This document shows, in pieces, positions 1-9,620 of a DNA stretch of 64,000 nucleotides. Made by a program: the position numbers and the translations under genes. The number at the start of each line of letters is the position of its first letter. Position 1 is the first letter of the stretch. Source of the DNA: Armatimonadota bacterium (GTDB taxonomy: Bacteria; Armatimonadota; Fimbriimonadia; Fimbriimonadales; GBS-DC); contig JBBIML010000008.1 in assembly GCA_037444405.1 (NCBI GenBank), positions 96,001 to 160,000 of the forward strand, read 5' to 3'. Below the pieces are notes generated by a model. It worked only from the letters and a program-made list of their open reading frames with translations, ran no database searches and was not told the origin of the DNA.

Positions 1-1245
1 CTTATCGCGCAGGGCGGCTCGCTGCAGCACGCCGAAGCGGTGCTGTTCGTCGATGATTGCCAGCCCCAGTCGGGCGAACTCGACCCCTTCCTGAATAAGC
101 GCGTGGGTGCCGACGGCGACCATGCCGCGCCCTGTGGCGATGCGCTCGCGCGCCTGCGCCCGCTGGCGCGGGGTCAGCCGACCCACCAGCAGCTCCACCG
201 TGATGCCCAGCGGCTGGAACAGCCGATGCAACACAATATAGTGCTGTTCCGCCAGTATCTCGGTGGGCGCCATAATCGCCGCCTGATACTGATTGTCCAC
301 CGCTGCCATAATCGCAGCGGCGGCGACTATCGTCTTGCCCGACCCCACATCACCCTGCAGGAGGCGGTTCATCGGGTGTGGACGCGCCATATCGTCCCAG
401 ATTTCGCGAATCACGCGCACCTGCGCGTTCGTGAGTTCGAACGGCGCCAGCTGATGCAACCGCGCCATCAGCCGTTCGGCGTCGATGCGCATCGCGATCC
501 CGCGCTCCTGCATCAGCTGCTGACGCTGAAGCCCGATGCCTAACTGCAATAAAAAGAACTCTTCGAACACCAGCCGTTGCCGCGCGGGTTCGATACGCTC
601 CATGCTGTCGGGGAAGTGAACCTGCTGGATGGCTTCCTGAACGGGCATCAGTTGCAGGCGTGTACGCAGGTCGGCGGGCAGCAGCTCGGGCACAAGGTGC
701 GCATGCTGGAGCGCGTTATAGAGAATCTGGCGCATTCGCTTCTGTCCCAGCCCCTCCGTCAAGGGGTAGATGGGCACCACGCGATTCGCGTGCAATAGCT
801 CGTTCATGTCGGTGTCGTCGCCAATATCCTCCCATTCGGGCGTTTCGATTTGCAGTCCCCAGCCGCTCTCCTTGACCACGCCGTAGACCACAAGACGGCG
901 GTCGCGCACGCGCAGGAGGGTGTCCTTCATGTAGGGCTGGTTGTACCAGACCAGCTCGATGGCGCCTGTGCCGTCGTCAATGAAGGCTTTGGTGAGGGTC
1001 ATGTTGTTGCGCACCTTGATGTTGTCGACGGTGACGAGCCTGCCAGCGAAGGTGGCGGCTTCGCCGGGGCGCGCGTGGCGGATTTTGCGGAACTGGGTGC
1101 GGTCTTCATAGCGGCGCGGCAGGTGATAGAGCAGATCGTTCAGCGTGTAGATGTTGAGCTTCGCCAGCAGTTGAGCGATTTTCTCGCCCACGCCTTTCAC
1201 ATACTTGACCTCGGTCTCCAGCGTATAGCGAGTTGCCGCACTCAT
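1..1245 (-). CDS. recG: ATP-dependent DNA helicase RecG (5' part; runs off window start)
   Basis: Manual translation of the minus strand: MSAATRYTLETEVKYVKGVGEKIAQLLAKLNIYTLNDLLYHLPRRYEDR, later PMNRLLQGDVGSGKT (RecG Walker A) and IDEQHRFG. Absent from the ORF track because it has no stop in the window. Confidence 0.95.
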   Translation of the reverse strand, partial: MSAATRYTLETEVKYVKGVGEKIAQLLAKLNIYTLNDLLYHLPRRYEDRTQFRKIRHARPGEAATFAGRLVTVDNIKVRNNMTLTKAFIDDGTGAIELVWYNQPYMKDTLLRVRDRRLVVYGVVKESGWGLQIETPEWEDIGDDTDMNELLHANRVVPIYPLTEGLGQKRMRQILYNALQHAHLVPELLPADLRTRLQLMPVQEAIQQVHFPDSMERIEPARQRLVFEEFFLLQLGIGLQRQQLMQERGIAMRIDAERLMARLHQLAPFELTNAQVRVIREIWDDMARPHPMNRLLQGDVGSGKTIVAAAAIMAAVDNQYQAAIMAPTEILAEQHYIVLHRLFQPLGITVELLVGRLTPRQRAQARERIATGRGMVAVGTHALIQEGVEFARLGLAIIDEQHRFGVLQRAALRDK

Positions 1246-1266
1246 CGTTATAGCAGTATACCCATT

Positions 1267-2298
1267 TCAATCCTCACCCGCCTGTGAGGACGGGTACAAC
1301 AGTGGAGGGAGCGTCATATCGCTGCTGTGTCCGGGGAACATCTTCGCGCTGGGGTCGAGCAGATGCTTGGCGTGGTTAACGGCGATGCACACCTCGCCGA
1401 CGCCCGTCGCCAGCAGCTTGAGCTTGCCCTCGTAGGTGCAGCCGTCGCCCGCGGCGTACACGCCGGGCAGGTTCGTCCGCATGAAGCGGTCGACCTTGAT
1501 GGCGTTGCCTTCGAGTTCCAGCCCCCACTGCTTGATGGGACCGAGGCTGGCGACGAAGCCGAGATTGAGAATCACGGCGTCGACAGGCAGCTCCAGCTCG
1601 GTGTGAGTCTGGTTATGGAAGATGACGGCGGACTGCACGCTGCCGTCGCCTTTGACGCGGCGCAGTTCGTAGGGGGTGAGGACGCGCACGGGCGATTGGC
1701 GCAGCAGGCGCACGCTCTGCTCGTGCGCACGGAACTCGTGGCGGCGATGGATGAGCGTCGTTTCGCGGGCAATCGGGTAGAGGTTAAGCGCCCAGTCGAC
1801 GGCGGAGTCGCCCCCACCGACAATCAGCAGGCGTTTATCGGCGAAGAGCGCCTTCTCGCGCACGCCGTAGTAGACGCCCTGTCCTTCGAACTCGGCGACG
1901 CCCTCGGCGTTCAGGCGGCGGGGTGTGAACGCGCCCGCGCCTGCACAGATGACCACCGTGCGTGTCGCGTGCCGAACGCCCTTGCTGGTGAGGATGACCC
2001 AGTAGTCGCCCTCGCGGATCAGCTTCTCGGCGCGCTCCTCCAGACACACCGTCGGCTGGAAGCGCATCGCTTGCCGAATCAGCTGTTCCGCCAGGTCCTT
2101 CGCCAGCACTTCGGGGAAGCCGGGCATGTCGTAGATATACTTTTCGGGGTAGAGCGCGACCAGTTGACCCCCCAGCTGGGGCAGGCTGTCGATGATTTTG
2201 GTACGCATGCCCCGCAGCCCCGCATAGAACGCGCCGAACAGCCCGACAGGTCCCCCACCGATGAAGGTGATGTCGTACAGCTCGCTCTGCATCGCCAT
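1267..2298 (-). CDS. Ferredoxin/flavodoxin--NADP+ reductase, TrxB-like (YumC type)
   Basis: GGGPVGLFGAFYAGLRGM, GGQLVALYPEKYIYD and GGGDSAVDWA; no CxxC. Start trimmed from ORF 1267..2796. Confidence 0.9.
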   Translation of the reverse strand: MAMQSELYDITFIGGGPVGLFGAFYAGLRGMRTKIIDSLPQLGGQLVALYPEKYIYDMPGFPEVLAKDLAEQLIRQAMRFQPTVCLEERAEKLIREGDYWVILTSKGVRHATRTVVICAGAGAFTPRRLNAEGVAEFEGQGVYYGVREKALFADKRLLIVGGGDSAVDWALNLYPIARETTLIHRRHEFRAHEQSVRLLRQSPVRVLTPYELRRVKGDGSVQSAVIFHNQTHTELELPVDAVILNLGFVASLGPIKQWGLELEGNAIKVDRFMRTNLPGVYAAGDGCTYEGKLKLLATGVGEVCIAVNHAKHLLDPSAKMFPGHSSDMTLPPLLYPSSQAGED

Positions 2299-2339
2299 CA
2301 TGAGTCTACCTGACCGCCCGCGTAGCTTGAGCGTCCCGC

Positions 2340-3311
2340 TCAAGAAACGAGCAGATGGAGAACTTGCTCGAAGTCGTCGGGCAGGGGTGCAGTGAAGCGC
2401 ATCGGCTCGGCGGTGATGGGGTGAGTGAAGGCGAGCGCGTGGGCGTGAAGCAGCTGACCCTGCAGGGCGTCCAGCGCAGCTTGCAGGCGGGCGCTGGCGT
2501 CGGGGGGATACAGCCCGGAGGGCAGCCGTCGCCGCCCGCCATAGAGTGGGTCGCCCACCACGGGATGACCTGCGGCGCTGGCGTGAACGCGCACCTGATG
2601 CGTGCGTCCCGTGTCCAGTTTCGCCTCCAGCAGGGCAAAGCCGCGCCACCGCTGGCGCACAACAAAGTGCGTGCGGGCGGGACGCGCGTTCGCAGGCGCC
2701 CGCTCTGGCGAGAACGCCGCCATTCGCTTGCGATGCACAGGATGACGCGCGATGGGCATCTCCACCGTGAACTGACCGGCTTTCGGCTCGCCCCACACCA
2801 GCGCAAGATAGCGACGCTCAATCGCGCGACGCTGTAAATCGGCGGTCAGCCGCGCATGCGCCCGATCCGTACGGGCGACGATCAGCAGTCCGGTGGTGTC
2901 TTTGTCCAGCCGATGGACGATGCCCGGACGAAAGGGCGCGCTGCCGTGCGAGAGGCGCGGCGCATACGCCAGCAAAGCGTTCACCAGCGTGCCATGCGGA
3001 TGACCCGGCGCGGGATGGACGGTCAGCCCGCGCGGCTTGTTCACCACCAGCAGATGCTCATCCTCGTACACAATCTCTATCGGGATAGGCTCCGGGCGAA
3101 GGTCGATCGGGGGCGGGCGGTCGGGTGGCAGGCTGAACTCGATGCGGTCGCCCGCGTGCAGTTTGTAGGCGGGCTTAACGCGCCGACCGTTGACCCGCAC
3201 GCCGCCCGCCTCAATCCACTCCTGCCACCGCTGGCGACTGACGGCTGGCACCTGCTCCGCCAGCCACTTATCGAGTCGGACACCGCTTTCGGTGGCAATC
3301 TGTTCTACCAT
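2340..3311 (-). CDS. rluD: RluA/RluD family 23S rRNA pseudouridine synthase
   Basis: S4 domain RLDKWLA, VVNKPRGLTVHP, catalytic HRLDKDTTG and GRTHQVRVH. Start overlaps the upstream stop (TGATG). Confidence 0.93.
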   Translation of the reverse strand: MVEQIATESGVRLDKWLAEQVPAVSRQRWQEWIEAGGVRVNGRRVKPAYKLHAGDRIEFSLPPDRPPPIDLRPEPIPIEIVYEDEHLLVVNKPRGLTVHPAPGHPHGTLVNALLAYAPRLSHGSAPFRPGIVHRLDKDTTGLLIVARTDRAHARLTADLQRRAIERRYLALVWGEPKAGQFTVEMPIARHPVHRKRMAAFSPERAPANARPARTHFVVRQRWRGFALLEAKLDTGRTHQVRVHASAAGHPVVGDPLYGGRRRLPSGLYPPDASARLQAALDALQGQLLHAHALAFTHPITAEPMRFTAPLPDDFEQVLHLLVS

Positions 3312-3841
3312 CAGGTTTGCGCGGTGCGCGGTTGCGTCTGTCGCTGGCAGCTGGGGCACAGGGGGCGCCCGAACTTGGTGACGCTCAGGTCATACTGGGC
3401 GCGGCGCAGCGGGCGTCCACACTCGGCGCAGACCAGCTCTTCGGCAGGTGGGGCTGACTCGCCCCGCAGCGGCAGCGGCGAATCGGCGTAGGCGACCCGC
3501 CCCTCGGCGAGTTCACCTTCGCTCAGCTCGGGCGCAAACTGTGTGCCGTAGCCGCATAATGCCAGCGCACGCCCGATCGCGCCTGTCTCCGCCTTCTCCA
3601 GAAAGTCGGCGAAGTCGTTGCCCGTCTCCATGCGGGTGGCGGTCGCAATCACGCGCCCGTTATTGTCCTTGATTGTCGCACGAAAGACCGCTATCTGCCG
3701 CTCAAGGTTCAACTCCACCAGCTCGGTCTCGATGCTCCAGTCGGGATGCTCGTCTCTGAACCATGCGACGCGCGCGGCAACTGGCAGGTACTCCTGCCCG
3801 CCACGCACCCGAATCAGGTACCGCCTCACATTAAACGCCAT
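3311..3841 (-). CDS. Hypothetical protein resembling phage Rad52/Sak-type single-strand annealing proteins, with C-terminal Zn finger
   Basis: YLPVAARVAWFRDEHP...LEKAETGAIGRALALCGYG pattern; C-terminal CAEC...CPSC; upstream SD-like GGAGGG and sigma70 promoter. Confidence 0.6.
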   Translation of the reverse strand: MAFNVRRYLIRVRGGQEYLPVAARVAWFRDEHPDWSIETELVELNLERQIAVFRATIKDNNGRVIATATRMETGNDFADFLEKAETGAIGRALALCGYGTQFAPELSEGELAEGRVAYADSPLPLRGESAPPAEELVCAECGRPLRRAQYDLSVTKFGRPLCPSCQRQTQPRTAQT

Positions 3842-3875
3842 CTTCTTACCCTCCGTCGGTATACAGATGTCTACT

Positions 3876-3905
3876 ATTGTACCCGTGTTGAATGCCTCTT
3901 GTCAA
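3876..3905 (-). promoter_or_regulatory. sigma70-type promoter TTGACA-N18-TACAAT for the 3841 gene / rluD operon
   Basis: Plus strand attgta at 3876-3881 and tgtcaa at 3900-3905. Confidence 0.75.
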
Positions 3906-3977
3906 GGGGTTGGGAGGCTGTTCGGAAAATTCCATTTTCAGCGGGTTTGGAGTGCCGAAGCGAGTACCATGAAAGCC

Positions 3978-4610
3978 ATGATGCCGATGGAGACGCTTTT
4001 GCCAGAGGTGCTGGGCGTGCGGGCGACCTATGCGCTCCTGATCAGTTGTGTGGCGCCGCGCCCAATTGCATGGGTCAGCACGCTTTCGCCCGATGGTGTG
4101 CCGAACCTCGCGCCGTTCAGCTTCTTCAACGCGGGCGGCTCGAACCCGCCATCGGTGGTGTTCTCACCCACCAACTTTCGCGATGGACGCCCCAAAGACA
4201 CTCTGCGCAATGTGGAGGCGACAGGCGAGTTCGTCGTTAATATTGCACCCTACGAGCTGGCGCAGCAGATGAACGAGACCTCCGCCGATTTTGAGTACGG
4301 CATCAGCGAGTTCGCGCAGGCGGGTCTGACCCCACTACCCAGCCAGCGCGTGAAGCCCTATCGCGTGGCGGAAAGCCCTATCCAGATGGAGTGCCGCCTC
4401 TTTCAAATCGTTCGGCATGGCACAGGACCGCTTGCCGCTAACTATGTGATTGGCGAGGTGCTGTGCTTCCATATCGCCACGCACCTGCTGAAAGAGGGTC
4501 CCGTCGTGGACAATCGGGTGTCGGACCTGATTGGGCGCATGGGCGAGTCGTGGTACTGTCGCGCCATGCCCGAATCGATGTTCTGGCTGCCGCGTCCACA
4601 ACGCGGGTAA
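3978..4610 (+). CDS. Flavin reductase family protein (DIM6/NTAB)
   Basis: VAPRPIAWVST, NLAPFSFFN and KDTLRNVEATGEFVVNI. Start chosen 7 nt after TACCAT (-10-like). Confidence 0.9.
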   Translation: MMPMETLLPEVLGVRATYALLISCVAPRPIAWVSTLSPDGVPNLAPFSFFNAGGSNPPSVVFSPTNFRDGRPKDTLRNVEATGEFVVNIAPYELAQQMNETSADFEYGISEFAQAGLTPLPSQRVKPYRVAESPIQMECRLFQIVRHGTGPLAANYVIGEVLCFHIATHLLKEGPVVDNRVSDLIGRMGESWYCRAMPESMFWLPRPQRG

Positions 4611-4620
4611 AATGTTCAGC

Positions 4621-7017
4621 GTGGGTTGGCAAACGGTGCGGTGGCGGAGCCGGGTGTACGGGATTGCCCTGCTTGCGTTGCTGGCGGGTGCGCTTCTGAC
4701 AGGTGCTGACGGGACGGCGCCTGCGCAGCGGGCGCTTATCGTCGCGATCGATTATCAGCCAGCGGCGATTGACGAGCAGCTTGCGCAGTTGAAAGCGCTG
4801 GGCATTACGCAGGTGGCGGTGCGCCTGACGGGACTGCCCAGCCGTGAACAGTGGAGCAGTCTGCTGGACACGCTGGAGAAGAGCGGGCTGGAGTGGCGGC
4901 TGTGGCTCACGGGGTTGCCTCGCACACGCGGCTGGATATGCCTGCCTGAACGGTATCGGCTGCGCGGCACCGAATCGGGAACCTACGCCGTTCAGATCCC
5001 CCGTGCGGATCGGGCGTTGCTCGCGCTCGCCCCGCGCGACCAGCCGAGCCTGCAAACCCTCTTATCGCTTGCCCTGACCGACGGGCGCGCTGTAGCAGCC
5101 ATTGGCAACAGCGCGGAGAGCGTGCTGCTCCTGTACCCGCGCATCGAAAACGCGCTGCCCGACCTGTGGGAGGGCTGGGATCGCTATCGGGACGCGCTCC
5201 TTGCGCTGCTTCTATCCCGCAAGCCCGCAGGCAACTTTCGCGGCTGGCTGATTGAAAGCGCGTGGGACCCGCAGGCTGCCCGCGCCTTCCCCGAATCGGA
5301 ACGGTTCCGCGCCGAATGGCAGGGCTTCCTGAAGCTGCGCTATGGCGATCTGATCGAGCTGGAGCGGGCGTGGGACACCAGCGCGGCGCTGAACCGATTC
5401 GAGCAGGCGGCGGCGCTCATTCCGCTCTGGCACGGCGAGCGTGGCTTGCCCTACCTGACCACGCCCGACGGCAAGCAGAAACCCATCGAGACCGACCCGC
5501 GCGAGTGCCGATTCTGGAGCGATTATCACGCCTTTTTAGGGGAACGGTGGCGCACGATGCTGGGCGGCTTGCGCCAGGCGCTGCTCACTTTCACACCCGA
5601 CGCCGCCTTCGATGTGGTTCAGCCGATGCCGGACCCGACCGACCTGCCCATGCCCGACGCGCTGAATCTGCCCGCCTCCACGACAGGCTATCTTCTGCCA
5701 GCGTCTTTGCGAAGCGAATGGCGAACCTACCTGGTGCTGATCAGCTACACGGCACACCAGGCGACTCCCCGTACGCCCCTGCGCGTGCTGGCGATGGAGT
5801 GGCAGGGCGAATCGGCGGAGCGGGCAGAGCTGATGCAGAGCCTCGCGCGGGAGATGGGCATCCCCACCCTCATCTGGCTGCTGCGCGAGCCAGCCACACT
5901 CACGCGAGAAATCTGGAGCGCCCTGCAGGCAACCGATAGCGACCCCACAGAACCCACCTTTGTGCCGTTCCCCATAAGCCTGTGGGCGACCACGCGCCTG
6001 CAAAAGTGGCGCATCGGCTGGTGGCTGCCTGCCGACCCATCAGGCGACCTCCAGCCCCTGTTCTGGGGCTACGATCTGTTCGCCTTCTGGCGACCTGTCG
6101 AAATGCAGGTGCAGGACAAGCAGGGCAATCGCCTCGTGGTGAATCGACTGGAGCTGTATCTGTGGACGGGGAGCGGCGAGCGTGAGGTGGCTCTGCGCCG
6201 TTTTGATCAGGCGACGCTGGAGGCGGTCAATCTCAACGGCGAGCTGGTGCCGCTCAGCGTGCGGGGCGACACTGTGCGCCTGAAGGTCGGCACCGTTCCT
6301 GTGCGCCTGCGCGGGTTCGAACTGCTCCCGCTGTGCGAAAGCGTCGTGAACGAGTGGACTCAGCGCGTCGAATCGCTGCTGAAGCGCACGGCGCCTGCGG
6401 GTCAGGACGCGCGCGTGCTGCAGTTTCTGTTCAACGCTGCACTGGAGACCTATCGGCGGGATCGGGTGCAGGGCTTCCCGCTCGTGCGCGATGCATGGCT
6501 CGATATCGAGCGGGCGTTTCAGCCTTATCGCCTGCTGGAGGCGGAAAGCGCGCGCGAGCATACCTTCGGTACGGTTCGGCGCGACCTGTCAGCGAGCAGC
6601 GGCGCGACGCTTTGGCTCCATACGCCGCTCAAGCCGACACCCGACGGCTATTATGCCCGCTACACGCTCAATATCCGCACGGACGGCGCGTATAACCTCT
6701 ATCTGGCGTGCCGCCTCCAGCCCTTGCGCAACGGCACACCCGACTCGGTGGAGTGGCAACTTTTTGCCAGCACCGACGAAAAAACGCCCATCGCGCGGGG
6801 GAGCGCCGTTTTAGACCCCGACAAAGCGGTCAATGCCTACGCCGAGCGGTTCCTCTGGCTCCCACTGGGCAGCGCGATGCTCAAAGCGGGCGATTATCAG
6901 CTGGAGCTGCGCCTGTTGCCCGCCGCCGAGCGCGTCAACTTCTTTGCCGAGTGGGACGCCCTGCTGATTGCCCCACCCGGCATCGCGCCCAGAGGCATCC
7001 TGCCGCCCGCGCACTGA
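4621..7017 (+). CDS. Large secreted hypothetical protein, possible glycoside-hydrolase-like TIM barrel with C-terminal CBM-like domain
   Basis: Signal peptide; GH42-like segment FRAEWQGFLKLRYGDLIELERAW; C-terminal LEAESA... beta-sandwich-like region. Start may be ATG 4612 or GTG 4621. Confidence 0.6.
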   Translation: MGWQTVRWRSRVYGIALLALLAGALLTGADGTAPAQRALIVAIDYQPAAIDEQLAQLKALGITQVAVRLTGLPSREQWSSLLDTLEKSGLEWRLWLTGLPRTRGWICLPERYRLRGTESGTYAVQIPRADRALLALAPRDQPSLQTLLSLALTDGRAVAAIGNSAESVLLLYPRIENALPDLWEGWDRYRDALLALLLSRKPAGNFRGWLIESAWDPQAARAFPESERFRAEWQGFLKLRYGDLIELERAWDTSAALNRFEQAAALIPLWHGERGLPYLTTPDGKQKPIETDPRECRFWSDYHAFLGERWRTMLGGLRQALLTFTPDAAFDVVQPMPDPTDLPMPDALNLPASTTGYLLPASLRSEWRTYLVLISYTAHQATPRTPLRVLAMEWQGESAERAELMQSLAREMGIPTLIWLLREPATLTREIWSALQATDSDPTEPTFVPFPISLWATTRLQKWRIGWWLPADPSGDLQPLFWGYDLFAFWRPVEMQVQDKQGNRLVVNRLELYLWTGSGEREVALRRFDQATLEAVNLNGELVPLSVRGDTVRLKVGTVPVRLRGFELLPLCESVVNEWTQRVESLLKRTAPAGQDARVLQFLFNAALETYRRDRVQGFPLVRDAWLDIERAFQPYRLLEAESAREHTFGTVRRDLSASSGATLWLHTPLKPTPDGYYARYTLNIRTDGAYNLYLACRLQPLRNGTPDSVEWQLFASTDEKTPIARGSAVLDPDKAVNAYAERFLWLPLGSAMLKAGDYQLELRLLPAAERVNFFAEWDALLIAPPGIAPRGILPPAH

Positions 7018-7221
7018 CGCAATAACAGGGCGCGGCGACCGCGCCCCTACTTGACGCGGGTACGGGCGCGGTTCCCGCGCCCTGATGACCCCCAGAGGCA
7101 TCCTGCCGCCCGCGCACTGACGCAATAGCAAGGCGCGGCGACCGCGCCCCTACTTGACGCGGGTACGGGCGCGGTTCCCGCGCCCTGATGACCCCCAGAG
7201 GCATCCTGCCGCCCGCGCACT
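6988..7221. repeat. 103-bp tandem repeat (2.3 copies) containing an inverted REP doublet (BIME/REPIN-like)
   Basis: Units start at 6988, 7091 and 7194; 2 substitutions between full copies. REP palindromes at 7027-7050 (rc GTAGGGGCGCGG-TCG-CCGCGCCCT) and 7060-7083 (GTACGGGCGCGG-TTC-CCGCGCCCT). Confidence 0.92.
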
Positions 7222-7224
7222 AAC

Positions 7225-8391
7225 CTACGCGCGCGGCACCTCCACCCAGCGCCGCTCGTTCGCCGAAATCTCGACCGCTTCCAGCACCGCCTGGCAACGC
7301 AGCCCGTCGTAGAAGTTGGGCGAGGGCTGTTCACCCTTGCTGATGGCTTCCAGCGCGTCGCGCACCAGATGCGTGAAGGTATGCTCGTAGCCGATGATGT
7401 GCCCTGGCGGCCACCACGCGCTGATATAGGGATGCACGCTTTCGGTGACCTGAATGGTGCGGAAGCCGCGCGTGCCCGCTGGATCGCTCTCCAGATAGAG
7501 TTCCAGCTCGTTCATCCGCTCCAGATTGAACACGATGCTGCCTCTGGAGCCGTTGATTTCGAAGCGGTTATAGTTCTTGCGTCCGAGCGCGAAGCGCGTG
7601 GCTTCGAAGGTGCCGATCGCGCCGTTTTCGAAGCGAGCCAGGAACGCAGCGGCGTCGTCGACGGTGACCTCGCCCATCTCCGTGCTGGCTTGCCCACCCA
7701 GGCGGTCATCCGCCTCGCGCAGGAGCGGGCGCTGCTTGATAAAGGTGGTCATCATGCCGCACACCTCGCTGATCTCGCCCACGAGCCAGCGCGCCAGATC
7801 GATAATGTGTGCGTTCAGGTCGCCATGCACGCCGGAGCCGGCAATCTCCTTGCGCAGGCGCCACACCAGCGGGAAGTTCGGGTCCACAATCCAGTCCTGC
7901 AGGTAGGTGCCGCGGAAGTGATAGATTTGCCCGATAACGCCGTCGTCGATGAGCTTTTTGGCGAAGCTGACGGCGGGCGCCTTGCGGTAGTTGAAGAAGA
8001 TGCCGTGCTTCACGCCGCTCTGCTCCACCGCCTGCACCATCTCGCGGGCTTCCTGCAGACTGTTGGCAAGCGGCTTCTCGCACAGCACAATCTTGCCGTT
8101 TCGGGCTGCCGCGATGGAGATGGGCGCGTGCAGGTTGCCGGGCGTGGACACATCGACGAGGTCGATATCGTCGCGGGCGACCACGCGCTGCCAATCGGTG
8201 TCGTACTCTTCGAAGCCGTACTTTTCAGCGGCGGCGCGCACGCGCTCCTCGTTGCGCCCGCAGATGACCTTCAGCACGGGTTCAATCTCCAGCTCCGGGA
8301 AGAAGCGGGCGACCTGGCGATAGGCGTTGCTATGCGCCTTGCCCATGAACTGGTAGCCAATCAGCGCGACATTGAGCTTCCGTTTCGCCAT
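7225..8391 (-). CDS. Gfo/Idh/MocA family oxidoreductase
   Basis: [17 protein letters not shown] and [20 protein letters not shown] upstream. Confidence 0.92.
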   Translation of the reverse strand: MAKRKLNVALIGYQFMGKAHSNAYRQVARFFPELEIEPVLKVICGRNEERVRAAAEKYGFEEYDTDWQRVVARDDIDLVDVSTPGNLHAPISIAAARNGKIVLCEKPLANSLQEAREMVQAVEQSGVKHGIFFNYRKAPAVSFAKKLIDDGVIGQIYHFRGTYLQDWIVDPNFPLVWRLRKEIAGSGVHGDLNAHIIDLARWLVGEISEVCGMMTTFIKQRPLLREADDRLGGQASTEMGEVTVDDAAAFLARFENGAIGTFEATRFALGRKNYNRFEINGSRGSIVFNLERMNELELYLESDPAGTRGFRTIQVTESVHPYISAWWPPGHIIGYEHTFTHLVRDALEAISKGEQPSPNFYDGLRCQAVLEAVEISANERRWVEVPRA

Positions 8392-8393
8392 CG

Positions 8394-9620
8394 CTATTCA
8401 CCTCCTGTCGGCTTCTTTTCGGGTTGGGGCTGTTGGGGTTGCTGATCAGGTTTCGGCTGCTGTTCAGGTTTGGGCTGCTCTTCGGGGCGTGGCTGCTGTT
8501 CAGGTCCTGGCTGCTGGGGTGGGCGCGGTGCGGGCGGGCGCGCAGCAGGGGCACGCGGCGCAGGACGACGGGGACCGCCACCTGCCATCTGTTCAGGTGT
8601 CAGCGGCTTCACGATGGTGTTGGTAATCTTTGCCCGACTGCGAAGCTGGTTAACGAATTCACTTAACTCCATCTGGATTGCCTGCTGACGCAGTTGTTTC
8701 AGCTCCTCACCCTTCGCCTGGGAGCCAGTGCGCTCCAGCCGCACAATCATGTAGCCGCCCAGTGTGCGGAACGGCTGCGACACCTGACCCGGCTTCAGCT
8801 TCTCCAGCTGCTGAAGGATATCGGGCACGATGAATCGCTTATGCTGCCAGTTCTGCTTCCCGCCCCGATCCTTGGTGAACGGATTTTCAGAGTATTGTTT
8901 GGCAGCCTCGGCGAAGTCCAGCCCTTCACTGATTTTCTGATAGGCTTCTTTCGCTCTGGCTTCGGCAGCAGCGGCGTTCCGCTCCTGCTCTTCAGGCGTA
9001 CTACCCTGAATGCGAATCACGATCTCGCTATACTCCAGGAAGTTATCGAGGTTAATGCGCTTCTCTGCCAGTTTTTCTGCCAGCGCGCGCGCCCGTGCCA
9101 GCGCGTAGAGTCGGCTGGGTGGATAGGTGTTGCGGCGCAGGAAATCGTCGAGGCTCATGCCAGGTGGCAGGTTCGCCTCCGCGTTCTGCAGCTGCTGCTT
9201 GTAGCTGGCTTCCACTTCCTCCGGCTTGACCGTGATCTTTTGCTTACGGGCTTCCTGCTCGATGATCCGTACGAATATCATCTCTTCCAGCGCCTGTGCA
9301 GCGTACCAATCATAGGTTGCCCGCGCTAGCTCGCCAGCGCGAATCGGTTCGCCGTTCACTGTCGCGACCACCTTGTTCGGGTCTGGCAAAGGTGGCAGCG
9401 TCGGCGGCACGAATTTGGAAGTGGGCTTCGCCGATTGAGTTGTCGCGCGCTTCTGCTGGGACGACGCGGCAGGTTTCTGCGTCGTTCTGGACGCAGGCTT
9501 CTGCTGCGTTGTCCCGCCTGATTTCGGCTGAGTCGTTCTGGGCGACGGATTGCTCGTCTGTACCGCTATCAAACTGCCCATCAGTGAAACCGCTATCAGA
9601 CTACCGAACCATCTGTTCAT
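8394..9620 (-). CDS. Parvulin-type peptidyl-prolyl isomerase / PrsA-SurA-like foldase
   Basis: Signal peptide, [29 protein letters not shown] and [14 protein letters not shown]-rich tail; SD GAGGAGGAG before MNRW. Confidence 0.85.
   Translation of the reverse strand: MNRWFGSLIAVSLMGSLIAVQTSNPSPRTTQPKSGGTTQQKPASRTTQKPAASSQQKRATTQSAKPTSKFVPPTLPPLPDPNKVVATVNGEPIRAGELARATYDWYAAQALEEMIFVRIIEQEARKQKITVKPEEVEASYKQQLQNAEANLPPGMSLDDFLRRNTYPPSRLYALARARALAEKLAEKRINLDNFLEYSEIVIRIQGSTPEEQERNAAAAEARAKEAYQKISEGLDFAEAAKQYSENPFTKDRGGKQNWQHKRFIVPDILQQLEKLKPGQVSQPFRTLGGYMIVRLERTGSQAKGEELKQLRQQAIQMELSEFVNQLRSRAKITNTIVKPLTPEQMAGGGPRRPAPRAPAARPPAPRPPQQPGPEQQPRPEEQPKPEQQPKPDQQPQQPQPEKKPTGGE
8441..8512. repeat. Four imperfect 18-bp coding repeats in the PPIase C-terminal tail
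   Basis: gctgatcaggtttcggct / gctgttcaggtttgggct / gctcttcggggcgtggct / gctgttcaggtcctggct, encoding PEQQPx-type units. Confidence 0.8.

Noticed and set aside
3311..3841. Prophage remnant around the SSAP-like gene
   Set aside because: No integrase, structural genes, att repeats or GC shift.
6988..7221. CRISPR mini-array (three 28-bp repeats)
   Set aside because: The spacers are 75 bp, nearly identical and made of REP hairpins; the repeat is a gene end; no cas genes.
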